A DNA stretch of 30,359 nucleotides from a virus (IMGVR_UViG_3300020043_003704:1-30359); one strand, 5' to 3'; counted from the stretch's first letter, positions 7,498-15,707 are shown. Made by a program: numbers and translations. The notes: generated from the sequence alone by a model not told the origin.

Positions 7498-9763
7498 TTT
7501 TTAACTCTTTGATGTATTTATAAATCATTTGAAGTGATACACCCAACTGCTCCGAAACCTCTTTTTTGTTTAGGTCGGGATTTGCCTCAAATAAAATTTG
7601 GAATTTCTCCTTTGTCGATTTGTTTGAGTTTGATTTTATTACCGTTCTAATCTCAGCCACTTCAATCGAGTCAATTTTTACCTTCTTAGCCATAGCAATA
7701 AAATACTTTGACAACTTCTCAGCCTTTAAAATTGAGTCCTTTGATATCTCCTCAAAGTTGTAACTATCCAATCCAATAGCGTTAAACGTATGGAGCAAAA
7801 GTGCAAAGCGGGGAATGTATGATTTTTGCTTTGGCAACATTGATTTCATGTACTCATTTTCATCGTTTGAATTTTGAATATTTGTAATCTCGTTAAAAAT
7901 ACGCTTCCATTCAATTTTTGCCTCGGCTCCAAATCGAACTATTTTAGGCTCAATATTTCCGTCTTCGTCCCTTCTTATCATTCGATGCTTAACGGCCTCA
8001 AAAAAAGCAATTATAGTATCGCTATACCATTGGATTGTATTGCTATCCATTTCCCTATCATTATACTGCTCAATCGCTAACTCGGGAAACGATAAAAGCA
8101 TCCTATCCATAAATCCGTTGTCTTTGTTATCGTCAGTATAAAACGAGTTAAATATAGTCGGTTGTATTCCTCCAAGTACTGGGATAAGCGGCTTCGCTAC
8201 AAATGATCCTGCGCGAGTCATTCGGTTGAGGTTTACGGATTTCCCGCTCCAGGTTGAAAGCCAAAACTCGAGGTCGCTTCCTGCCTTATATTTGTTCATA
8301 TCCTTAAACCAACCCGCAAGCTCATCTTTGAAAACGCCAACCGATATATCGTTTTGTTGGTGCAAATCAACCAAAGCCTCAATTGTTATATCGTTGGCAA
8401 TAAATTGTTTTTTAGTTGGTTTCATTACCTCGGGATATTCCTCTTGCTCCTTCTTTGATAAGTTAGAATAAAACTCATATTTCTCGTATTCCTTAATAAA
8501 ATTCGCAATCTCTCGGTTGTTAATTTTCTCGATAGGGAATATTATATTTGAGATTGAAGGAGTTTTACCTATACCCGCTTTTCCAACAATCGCAACCCAA
8601 ATTGTCGCAAGCTCACGCCATCCTTTTTTTACCTCAATTTGCATCGCGTTGCCAATACTTAATGAAATCATCCAAAGAAGTGAGCAACCCATATAATCGA
8701 TGGAGCTATCCAAGGTCTCGGAGCATTCCAAAATATATGATTGAATTGGCTTCGGAAAAATATCAATTGGAAACTCGAGATCGGATTTATTAATTACAAT
8801 CTTTTCTTTCGGCTCGAGTGCTTTATTGACTATTCGAGATCCGTAACCTTCGGAGTATAATTTAGACGCCGCTGCTTTCATATCATCATGATGATATTTT
8901 CGAGCGTAGGCAGTAAACGGAGTATAAAGAGTTTCGTGTTTATATTGGCTGCCTGTTGAAAATAAATACATAAAGCCAGTATCTTTAAAAACATAACCTG
9001 AATGTGGAGAAGTTGCTCCATGGCGTTTGATTACATATTTTTTTGATAGGTTACCAACGATTGTAAATTCATCGCCTATGATTGAAAATATATCGTTGCG
9101 CTGGTTGAAGTCATCCCAAGTCGTTAAATCGGATTCAATATAAATTTTCTTATCTCGTTTGATTTCAATCGGCTGCTCATCGATATAATTATACATCTTT
9201 GAGAATGTCATTATAATCTCACGGTCATCGTCGGAAATGTAATCGATTTGATGGTAGTTCTTTTTAGAGACTTTATTCTCGGGATAGGTAAAAATATACC
9301 CGCCAATTCCGCGAGTTTCCAAAACGGCTTCCGTGTGGCCTTTAAGTCGCGCCAATTTAATATTTCCCTGAACTCGCTTTGATTTGTAAAGAATATGATA
9401 ACCCGCGTTTTTAGTTTTGTAGATTACAACCTTATCGTCAAAGTCGAGAATATTGTCCCTAAGGTAACCAGTGTACTCATCCCAAAAGTCCTTTTGCTCT
9501 TTTGCAGTTGAAAAAACTTTCAAATCAATATCGACACATTCGAGGTCATCAAAGCCTGTAACGATTCCAAAATTGGTAGTTGCAGGTATTTCGGTTTTAT
9601 CCTTCCTAAAAATACCGCCTTTATAATTGTAATGCCGCATGAATTTTTCATATTCAAGCCGCTCGGTTTGTTGTGCCTTCCATGGGAAATTTGGCACCTT
9701 GTCATCGCTAACCGTTATCAGCGAAAAGTTATCGTAAAATAACTTGAGTTTGTTTTGATCCAT
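7484..9763 (-). CDS. Prim-Pol primase fused to DUF3987/YfjI-like helicase with C-terminal HTH
   Basis: NFGIVTG...CVDID, GYHILY, ETRGIGGY (Prim-Pol); FPIDIFP, VGKAGIGKTP, FKDEL, GGIQP, NGFMDR (DUF3987); LNKKEVSEQLGVSLQMIYKY (HTH). Confidence 0.9.
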   Translation of the reverse strand: MDQNKLKLFYDNFSLITVSDDKVPNFPWKAQQTERLEYEKFMRHYNYKGGIFRKDKTEIPATTNFGIVTGFDDLECVDIDLKVFSTAKEQKDFWDEYTGYLRDNILDFDDKVVIYKTKNAGYHILYKSKRVQGNIKLARLKGHTEAVLETRGIGGYIFTYPENKVSKKNYHQIDYISDDDREIIMTFSKMYNYIDEQPIEIKRDKKIYIESDLTTWDDFNQRNDIFSIIGDEFTIVGNLSKKYVIKRHGATSPHSGYVFKDTGFMYLFSTGSQYKHETLYTPFTAYARKYHHDDMKAAASKLYSEGYGSRIVNKALEPKEKIVINKSDLEFPIDIFPKPIQSYILECSETLDSSIDYMGCSLLWMISLSIGNAMQIEVKKGWRELATIWVAIVGKAGIGKTPSISNIIFPIEKINNREIANFIKEYEKYEFYSNLSKKEQEEYPEVMKPTKKQFIANDITIEALVDLHQQNDISVGVFKDELAGWFKDMNKYKAGSDLEFWLSTWSGKSVNLNRMTRAGSFVAKPLIPVLGGIQPTIFNSFYTDDNKDNGFMDRMLLSFPELAIEQYNDREMDSNTIQWYSDTIIAFFEAVKHRMIRRDEDGNIEPKIVRFGAEAKIEWKRIFNEITNIQNSNDENEYMKSMLPKQKSYIPRFALLLHTFNAIGLDSYNFEEISKDSILKAEKLSKYFIAMAKKVKIDSIEVAEIRTVIKSNSNKSTKEKFQILFEANPDLNKKEVSEQLGVSLQMIYKYIKELKNESI

Positions 9764-10014
9764 TATTTTGTTGGTATTTGGTTTCTATTTAAAATGCGGT
9801 AAACATACTGAATTGATACGTTTTGTTTTTCGGCTATTTCTTTTATCGTGTAAGTTCTAAATAATTCTACGTATTCAGAGTCACTGATAAAACCTTTTTT
9901 AACTACAACGCCGTGCTTTTTTAAAACTCTATACACGTACTGGATAGAAACATTTTTAATTTTAGAGATTTCATCTACTGAGTGCTGCTCAAATAATTTT
10001 AAATATTCATTCAT
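9763..10014 (-). CDS. Tandem helix-turn-helix protein
   Basis: Two repeats, each containing NVSIQYVYR; start reassigned to ATG 10014; TAATG coupling to the primase. Confidence 0.75.
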   Translation of the reverse strand: MNEYLKLFEQHSVDEISKIKNVSIQYVYRVLKKHGVVVKKGFISDSEYVELFRTYTIKEIAEKQNVSIQYVYRILNRNQIPTK

Positions 10015-10027
10015 ATTATTAAAAAAT

Positions 10028-10117
10028 AAAATCCCTTGAGTTTCGTTGTGCAGGCAACTACTCCTCAAAGGATTTTCATTAAAATTCTTATATTATATTG
10101 TAGCCTGCATTACAATA
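10028..10117 (-). promoter_or_regulatory. Putative structured leader RNA (kissing-loop element A)
   Basis: Hairpin UAUUGUA-AUGCAGGC-UACAAUA (10096-10117) and long hairpin 10028-10076 with loop CCUGCA; loops complementary. Confidence 0.7.
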
Positions 10118-10122
10118 CGCAG

Positions 10123-10152
10123 CAAATATAACTATTTATTTGATATTTTAAA
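10123..10152 (-). promoter_or_regulatory. Bacteroidota sigmaA-type promoter
   Basis: TATATTTG at 10123-10130 matches TAnnTTTG; the -33 element is weak. Confidence 0.6.
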
Positions 10153-10174
10153 CTAATTTTAAATTATTTTTTTT

Positions 10175-10416
10175 CTTTAAACCATTTTAAAATATTTTAA
10201 ACCAAAAGTTTAAAGCTTTTTGTTGATTTTATTGGGCTGAGATACGTTTTTTTAAACCATTCAACCAAGTTTAAAACTTTTTTAGTAAAAAAAAATAAAT
10301 TAAAAATAAAAAAAATAAATACAATTATTAAAATTTTAAACTTTAAAGGTTTAAAGTGTTGATTTTTATATGTTTACGCGTGTTTTTAGTTTAAAATATT
10401 TTAAAATGGTTTAAAG
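10175..10416. repeat. AT-rich region with a perfect 28-bp inverted repeat; putative replication origin
   Basis: CTTTAAACCATTTTAAAATATTTTAAAC at 10175-10202 and its reverse complement at 10389-10416; many TTTAAA(C) units; largest non-coding gap, next to the primase operon. Confidence 0.7.
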
Positions 10417-10419
10417 CAT

Positions 10420-10446
10420 AAAAAAAGCGATCCGAAGACCGCTTTT
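10420..10446 (-). terminator. Intrinsic terminator after the SSB-like gene
   Basis: GCGGUC-UUCG-GAUCGC followed by U7. Confidence 0.85.
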
Positions 10447-10469
10447 CCAACTATTTAACCAAATCAAAA

Positions 10470-11144
10470 TCAAAAATCCAAATCTTCTGCATCAACATCA
10501 GCCTCAATTTCGGCCACTACTGGCTCCGATTTTGTGAGGTAACTTTTTAAATAAGCCTCTAAAGTGTTAAACGCTTCGTCGGCAAGGTCGGCCTCGGCTC
10601 CATCAAGTGAGCAAAGATAACCGAATACTGGTGTTGTGTATTTAACGCTGCCTTTTTTAGCCTCGTCAAATCCAACTACGCTTACCCACTCGTCAACCAA
10701 ACGGCTTTTACTCTTTGCGGTAAAATCGCCCCATGTTTGACAGGCTGCCCCTTTGAGTTGAATGTTTGCAATCTCGCCACCCTCGAGCATTATATAAATA
10801 CTCTTAACGTAGTGACCTCCTGCGGCCTTTGCTTTCTCTTTGATGTCTTTATAAAGACCTCGCGCAATCTCATTGCCTTTGAACTGCTTTACAATCATTT
10901 CATCCTTTGAGATATATTTTACCTCGTTGGAATAAATCCCGCTTTCGGTTGCATCGTTCCAACCTTTGACGGTGTGCAGTTCGTCGAGAACTAAGAATTT
11001 AAACGGAAGCTCAACGCTCACGTTTGTTTTGTTCTCTTTGTCGTAGTAAGCAAACGTTTTTTCGTTTGATTTCCACTCGAAAAATTTTGTTGCTGGGTTT
11101 GTTGTTGGCTGCGAGAATGCAGCGCGTCTGTTTGAATTACTCAT
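10470..11144 (-). CDS. Putative single-stranded DNA-binding protein
   Basis: Aromatic, beta-rich body; acidic tail ending ...EADVDAEDLDF; own promoter and terminator; located in the replication module. Confidence 0.6.
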   Translation of the reverse strand: MSNSNRRAAFSQPTTNPATKFFEWKSNEKTFAYYDKENKTNVSVELPFKFLVLDELHTVKGWNDATESGIYSNEVKYISKDEMIVKQFKGNEIARGLYKDIKEKAKAAGGHYVKSIYIMLEGGEIANIQLKGAACQTWGDFTAKSKSRLVDEWVSVVGFDEAKKGSVKYTTPVFGYLCSLDGAEADLADEAFNTLEAYLKSYLTKSEPVVAEIEADVDAEDLDF

Positions 11145-11210
11145 AATATTATTGTTTTTTGTGGCACGAAATGAAGCAGCTCGAGCCTTGCTGCGGTTAT
11201 TATGATAAGG

Positions 11211-11241
11211 CTAAATTACTGATTTATATTTATCTGACAAA
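11211..11241 (-). promoter_or_regulatory. Bacteroidota sigmaA-type promoter for the SSB-like gene
   Basis: TTTG (11238-11241)-N19-TAATTTAG (11211-11218); one mismatch to TAnnTTTG. Confidence 0.65.
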
Positions 11242-11342
11242 ATTTTTTTATATAAATCGTTAACTCGTTCCGAATTTACTCCTCGATTGTAGTAAAATCG
11301 CATTACTCTTTTGATTCTCGTTAAAGGTGTGATATTAGCCAT
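11211..11342 (-). CDS. Small basic hypothetical protein (43 aa)
   Basis: Not in the ORF track: MANITPLTRIKRVMRFYYNRGVNSERVNDLYKKILSDKYKSVI. Confidence 0.6.
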   Translation of the reverse strand: MANITPLTRIKRVMRFYYNRGVNSERVNDLYKKILSDKYKSVI

Positions 11343-11431
11343 CCTATTGCGGTTATGATTATTAAAAATGCAGCCGCCTCAATCGCAGCTCGCGTCACAA
11401 AGATAAGCTCCCTCTTGTTTTTTGCTTTCAT
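11321..11431 (-). CDS. Small membrane peptide (36 aa)
   Basis: Not in the ORF track: MKAKNKRELIFVTRAAIEAAAFLIIITAIGWLISHL. Confidence 0.55.
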   Translation of the reverse strand: MKAKNKRELIFVTRAAIEAAAFLIIITAIGWLISHL

Positions 11432-11804
11432 ATTCATTAATTAAATTAATAATTTGATTCATTAACTCCTCGTCCTCGATTGATTTGGCCTTTTTGACCA
11501 TTATAAAATAGGGTGAGTATTGGTTGATTAGTTGCAGGCGTAACTCCTCCAGGTCGGGTCTTCTATATCGCACATCATTATCGTATATTTTTACCATATA
11601 CAATACTGTTGCGTGATCGTATGGCCTTTTTTTGCGTATAATCTCCCGAATTTCAACCGATTTGTATCTTAAATCAACTCGTAAAACATAGCAAAATAAT
11701 GCTCGAGCGTCAACTATTTCAAGAGTCCTGCGCTTCTCAAAGACATTTACTTTTGTAACGTCTTTAATAATTTTAGCTATTTCAATAGGGCGACTATATT
11801 TCAT
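11379..11804 (-). CDS. DnaA C-terminal (domain IV)-like DNA-binding protein
   Basis: RRTLEIVDARALFCYVLR...EI...DHATVLY resembles the DnaA domain IV RDHTTV signature; no AAA+ domain; start ATG 11804. Confidence 0.75.
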   Translation of the reverse strand: MKYSRPIEIAKIIKDVTKVNVFEKRRTLEIVDARALFCYVLRVDLRYKSVEIREIIRKKRPYDHATVLYMVKIYDNDVRYRRPDLEELRLQLINQYSPYFIMVKKAKSIEDEELMNQIINLINEYESKKQEGAYLCDASCD

Positions 11805-12000
11805 AAAGGTCAATATATCGGTAACTATTTGTAAACCCGCCCCAATCAACCACGACTGGAAGCTCAAACGTTCGGCGTTTGTCTCTTGACTCGTTGCCTA
11901 TTTCTACAACCGTTCCATATTTATCGCGTGGGTTGTGTCGGTCTTCCAGTGCTACGAATATACTTGTCTCGCGCAATCTTACTTTTTGTCCTACTTCCAT
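11794..12000 (-). CDS. Hypothetical protein (SH3-like pattern)
   Basis: MEVGQKVRL...GTVVEI...VVVDW; start ATG 12000. Confidence 0.7.
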   Translation of the reverse strand: MEVGQKVRLRETSIFVALEDRHNPRDKYGTVVEIGNESRDKRRTFELPVVVDWGGFTNSYRYIDLYEI

Positions 12001-12004
12001 AATC

Positions 12005-12244
12005 TTATTTATTTTTAAATTGTTCAAACCATTCATTAATTTCATTACCATTTATTACAATGTTATGATGATATGCAAAGTGTCCTAAACACTCATATAG
12101 TTTAACTAATACTTCTTCCTCACTATACATTTTTTCTGCTTGCCATTTAGCACCATTTATAAAATCTTCAATAGCAAATTCATTTTGACTTACGAACTGT
12201 GAATTATATTTTTCAGCAGCTTCTTCAAGTGTTTCTTGTATCAT
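12005..12244 (-). CDS. Hypothetical protein (QETLEEAAE...GAKWQAEKMYSEEEV type)
   Basis: AT-rich, tightly packed ORF. Confidence 0.7.
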   Translation of the reverse strand: MIQETLEEAAEKYNSQFVSQNEFAIEDFINGAKWQAEKMYSEEEVLVKLYECLGHFAYHHNIVINGNEINEWFEQFKNK

Positions 12245-12246
12245 AA

Positions 12247-12696
12247 TTAAAATTTTAATGTTATACTTGATTTGCGTGGCGTTGTTGAGACTTTTGGCAC
12301 CTCGTTACCATACGCGTCGAAAATTGTTTGCATTTGTTTTAAAGCCAATTTAAGCAGCTCAACGCGCTGATCTAAATCGTTTTTTAATTGGCAGTAAATT
12401 GGATCCTCCGAGTAGTTTATAGTTTCGCCTCCGTTTACTGGTGTAAACTCGACACCGTAGCAAGTCATTTTTTCTTCGGGCAAGTGCTTACGCATTTCCG
12501 CGTCGGCTGAGTTAACTACCTCTTTAAGTCGGCAAATGTTCGCCATAAACATGTGCTTGTCGACGTCTCCGCTCTCGATTACATTGTCGACCATTCGCTT
12601 ACCTGTAAGTATTGCGTCTTTTTTTGTAAACGATGGCTCGTACATCGTTATAAGTTGCTCTGAATTTTCAAGGAATAGTTTTGCGTTTGCTCCCAT
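12247..12696 (-). CDS. Hypothetical protein
   Basis: 149-aa ORF in the early operon. Confidence 0.75.
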   Translation of the reverse strand: MGANAKLFLENSEQLITMYEPSFTKKDAILTGKRMVDNVIESGDVDKHMFMANICRLKEVVNSADAEMRKHLPEEKMTCYGVEFTPVNGGETINYSEDPIYCQLKNDLDQRVELLKLALKQMQTIFDAYGNEVPKVSTTPRKSSITLKF

Positions 12697-12697
12697 T

Positions 12698-12823
12698 TTA
12701 ATTTAATTTTAAGTATGCGTTAGTCATTTTTTTGTGATCGGAATAGTAAACCGATTTCACGGTTTTTTTCATCCATTTGTCGAATTTTTTAGCCTCTTTT
12801 AAGTTTATTTGTTTTTGCTCCAT
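12698..12823 (-). CDS. Small hypothetical protein (41 aa)
   Basis: Not in the ORF track: MEQKQINLKEAKKFDKWMKKTVKSVYYSDHKKMTNAYLKLN; fills the gap exactly. Confidence 0.6.
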   Translation of the reverse strand: MEQKQINLKEAKKFDKWMKKTVKSVYYSDHKKMTNAYLKLN

Positions 12824-12954
12824 TTTAGTGATATTATTTCAATTGATTTTTTAATTTCGTTTTCCGCGTCTACGGGGATTAATTTGTGGAGTATTTTTGT
12901 GGCTACTCCTTCACCAAATTTTGGCTTGCGCCCTGCGTTTCGTTCGTTTCTCAT
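12805..12954 (-). CDS. Small putative DNA-binding protein (49 aa)
   Basis: Not in the ORF track: MRNERNAGRKPKFGEGVATKILHKLIPVDAENEIKKSIEIISLKWSKNK; basic AGRKPK arm followed by a strand-helix pattern. Confidence 0.65.
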   Translation of the reverse strand: MRNERNAGRKPKFGEGVATKILHKLIPVDAENEIKKSIEIISLKWSKNK

Positions 12955-12957
12955 TTG

Positions 12958-13128
12958 TTATTTGTGTCTAAATGGTAACTCCTCAACGCGCCAAACGCGC
13001 TTACAAACTATTGAGGACTGATTGAAAATAAGTATTGCCTCAGCTATGCTGCTGGCTTCAATGTCGATGTCGTAATCGTAGCACTCATCGTACTGCTCGG
13101 TGTAATAATATAGTCTATAAGTTCTCAT
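12958..13128 (-). CDS. Hypothetical protein
   Basis: Start ATG 13128 (MRTYRLYYY). Confidence 0.6.
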   Translation of the reverse strand: MRTYRLYYYTEQYDECYDYDIDIEASSIAEAILIFNQSSIVCKRVWRVEELPFRHK

Positions 13129-13330
13129 ACATTCGGGCCAATCTAAGGCCGATATTAAAGTTAGCAATCATTCGTTGTTTGTTCCAGTCTTGCACATCCC
13201 AACCAAATAAACGCTCGTTGCGTTCGATTCGATTTTTGTGGTCGTTAAAGCGGCGGTCTGATTCTTTAAACGCCTCAAGTATTTTGATGGCGCGTTCGTG
13301 TTTTTTGATTTCAAGTTCTAAATTTTCCAT
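13115..13330 (-). CDS. Hypothetical protein
   Basis: Start ATG 13330 (MENLELEI), TAATG-coupled to the upstream peptide. Confidence 0.65.
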   Translation of the reverse strand: MENLELEIKKHERAIKILEAFKESDRRFNDHKNRIERNERLFGWDVQDWNKQRMIANFNIGLRLARMYENL

Positions 13331-13422
13331 TATGATCTTAAGATTAGTTGACCGATAAAATATGCGGCCATAATTAAACAAAAAATGTACTGTGGTTTGC
13401 GATGTTGTAAAAAGTATTTCAT
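13330..13422 (-). CDS. First early gene, small hydrophobic peptide (30 aa)
   Basis: Not in the ORF track: MKYFLQHRKPQYIFCLIMAAYFIGQLILRS; directly after the consensus promoter. Confidence 0.6.
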   Translation of the reverse strand: MKYFLQHRKPQYIFCLIMAAYFIGQLILRS

Positions 13423-13443
13423 AGTTGTTTGATTTTGTTGGAG

Positions 13444-13473
13444 CAAATATATAACAACAAATTAATTAAACAA
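13444..13473 (-). promoter_or_regulatory. Early promoter (Bacteroidota sigmaA consensus)
   Basis: TTG (13471-13473)-N19-TATATTTG (13444-13451). Confidence 0.8.
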
Positions 13474-13519
13474 CAAAAAATTAAACAAAGTTTGTTTTTA
13501 ATGCTTGTTTATATCAATT

Positions 13520-13975
13520 CTAAATAAAACGGGAGATAAAAAAGCGGCGGTAAATGTAGAGAATCACCGCAATAATAAGTAGTAACCAAATCCAACCGAA
13601 CGACTCTTTGCGCTCAACGTGTTTCTCGCTTGCTTTGGTCGATTGTGTCGCAGTTTTTTTAGTTTTGCGTGTATTGTGTACGCTTTGAGATTTAATCGCC
13701 TTAAATCGGCTTATTTGCGTTCGTTTCTTAATACGGCCGTTCTTAATTGTGGTCTTTTTGCCTTGCGAGTCTATAATAACAATCGGTTTGAGGGTGTCTA
13801 CTGGCGTGATCTCAAACTCATCGGTGTGTATATCCTCTTCGGATACCTCATTTGTATATACTTTTGTGGAATCAGTTACCGATATTTCGCTTTTTGTCTC
13901 GGTCTCGGTTGTGCTTTTGTTCACTTTACGCGCACCGCAGCTTGCCAATAATAGCAATATAAATAAATATCTCAT
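13520..13975 (-). CDS. Putative unimolecular spanin
   Basis: Lipoprotein signal MRYLFILLLLAS/C plus C-terminal TM FGWIWLLLIIAVILYIY followed by RR; last gene of the lysis cassette; start ATG 13975. Confidence 0.75.
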   Translation of the reverse strand: MRYLFILLLLASCGARKVNKSTTETETKSEISVTDSTKVYTNEVSEEDIHTDEFEITPVDTLKPIVIIDSQGKKTTIKNGRIKKRTQISRFKAIKSQSVHNTRKTKKTATQSTKASEKHVERKESFGWIWLLLIIAVILYIYRRFFISRFI

Positions 13976-13976
13976 T

Positions 13977-14978
13977 TTATCGGATTTTATTTTCGACAAT
14001 TCGCAAGTTGTTCACCTCATAATCGCCTGTTTTTTCAACGTGAATGTGGGCAAAGCCGTTGTTCCAAGAGTTGAAAGGCATATAATCCGGGCTTAATCCT
14101 GACAGGCAACCCACGCTCCAGGTGGTAGTAACGTCTCCGCTAAGATTAACCTCAGTATGTTCCGACGTTCTATGGTGGTGGCCTATAATACAAGACTCTT
14201 TTGCTTTCATATAAAGGCCACGCGCTGGGTTAACAGGTGGCGCAAAGCCGCTAAAAAATTCGTGTCCGTGCAATAGTGGCAATTTACCCGCTTTTGCGAT
14301 TTGTTTTGACTTGACTTCTTGCACTCCAAACTCGCCAAAGCGTAAAATCGTTGCAAGTTCAAAGTCTGGAATGCCTAACAATTCGGGAGCTTGCAATTTG
14401 AGGAAGTTTTGCCAGCGATCCTCATGATTACCAATCTTAAAATATATCGGGCATTGGAAATGGTCTTGTAAATTCTTTAAAAAGTTCCGAGTCATCTCAA
14501 GCTCGTCGGCCATATTACGCAAACGGCGATCTTTAATAAATCGAGATAGCATATACATGTCAATTGTGTCCCCATTTAAGTAAACGCAGTCCACGTTCTC
14601 AGCCTTGCCGTAGTCAATCGCCAATCTAAGCGCGTCGTTGTTTTGGTAGGGGAAGTGAATGTCCGTTAAAAACAAAATGTTTTTGTTCGGCACTATAACC
14701 GTGCCTTGCTTTTCGTAGTCGCTTTCGGGTAACTCAAACTCTTTACTCATAAATTGTTTTTTTTCTTTGTCCGTACGTTCGCCGACCGCGTCTTTTTGCT
14801 TCCTATCTCTTTTCTCGTTTCGGTGCAATCTTACAACATTTCGCGCATTGTCAACGCTTATAAAGTCAATCGGGTAATCCTGGTGCAATAGTCTTGAGAT
14901 TGCCATCGTTGATGACTTTGGAAACTTTGCTATATACTCTCGAGCGATTTCGCCCTTGTATGTGATTTTACTCTCCAA
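13977..14978 (-). CDS. Calcineurin-like metallophosphoesterase
   Basis: DIH, GDTID, GNHE, HGH and GHHH motifs. Confidence 0.9.
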   Translation of the reverse strand: MESKITYKGEIAREYIAKFPKSSTMAISRLLHQDYPIDFISVDNARNVVRLHRNEKRDRKQKDAVGERTDKEKKQFMSKEFELPESDYEKQGTVIVPNKNILFLTDIHFPYQNNDALRLAIDYGKAENVDCVYLNGDTIDMYMLSRFIKDRRLRNMADELEMTRNFLKNLQDHFQCPIYFKIGNHEDRWQNFLKLQAPELLGIPDFELATILRFGEFGVQEVKSKQIAKAGKLPLLHGHEFFSGFAPPVNPARGLYMKAKESCIIGHHHRTSEHTEVNLSGDVTTTWSVGCLSGLSPDYMPFNSWNNGFAHIHVEKTGDYEVNNLRIVENKIR

Positions 14979-15417
14979 AATATATGTCGGCTTCGGCTTT
15001 GCGTCTGATTGTAAGACCTTTTAAAACGTTTCCGCCCGCTTTATTCCATTTCAGGAACTCGGCCCGAATTGACGGATCAAAGTGGTTGAAGTTGACCTTA
15101 CGCAAAAGCGTGGATTTCTCGAAGTTGGCAGGGCCGATGTTGTACGTTAGTGAAACTAGCGCGTTGAATTGTCCTTGATCAAGCGGCGATGTAACTAATT
15201 TACTCACTCTTGCTGCGAATTTGTCAGCTATTACTTTAAACATCTCAAAGGCTTCCAGTTCCGTGATTGGCTTGTCCAATAGCGTGACTTTTTTGCCGTT
15301 TGTATAGTAACAATTACCGTAGCCAATCGTCGGCACTTTTGCGCTGCAAAGGTACGGCTTAGAGCTAAAACCCTCGAATTTACAAATCAATCGATATCCC
15401 GCGTTGTTTAGTTTCAT
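14968..15417 (-). CDS. Endolysin, GH24 phage lysozyme
   Basis: FEG...YLC...PTIGYG (E-x8-C-x5-T), QFNALVSLTYNIG, STLLRKVN, GLTIRRKAE. Confidence 0.93.
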   Translation of the reverse strand: MKLNNAGYRLICKFEGFSSKPYLCSAKVPTIGYGNCYYTNGKKVTLLDKPITELEAFEMFKVIADKFAARVSKLVTSPLDQGQFNALVSLTYNIGPANFEKSTLLRKVNFNHFDPSIRAEFLKWNKAGGNVLKGLTIRRKAEADIYFGE

Positions 15418-15707
15418 TTTGCAAATGCTTTGAATAATAATGTAATGAGCGCGGCGGTAAACGCTACGGCTATAACTTTGGCTTGTTTGATGTAAACCTT
15501 AAGCTCGGCGTCGTTTTCCTCTAAATCAATTACTCGGTTGTCGATGTCGGATATTTTCCAAACTAAACCACGAAAGCCGTTGAGGTCGTTACCCAAAAGA
15601 GCTTGTTTAATCTCTTTGATGTCGGCTGAGCGAATCTCGCTATCTTTTTTAATCTCTTTGATGTGCTGCTCTATTCGGTCAAGGCGTTCGCTTTCAATGT
15701 TGCTCAT
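15414..15707 (-). CDS. Coiled-coil protein with C-terminal TM (holin-associated)
   Basis: Single C-terminal hydrophobic helix; ATGA-coupled on both sides within the lysis cassette. Confidence 0.65.
   Translation of the reverse strand: MSNIESERLDRIEQHIKEIKKDSEIRSADIKEIKQALLGNDLNGFRGLVWKISDIDNRVIDLEENDAELKVYIKQAKVIAVAFTAALITLLFKAFAK

Noticed and set aside
11213-11240. Fourth late-promoter copy (TCAGTAAT)
   Set aside because: It has a mismatch and no ATG at N6, and is better explained as a host-type TTTG-N19-TAATTTAG promoter.
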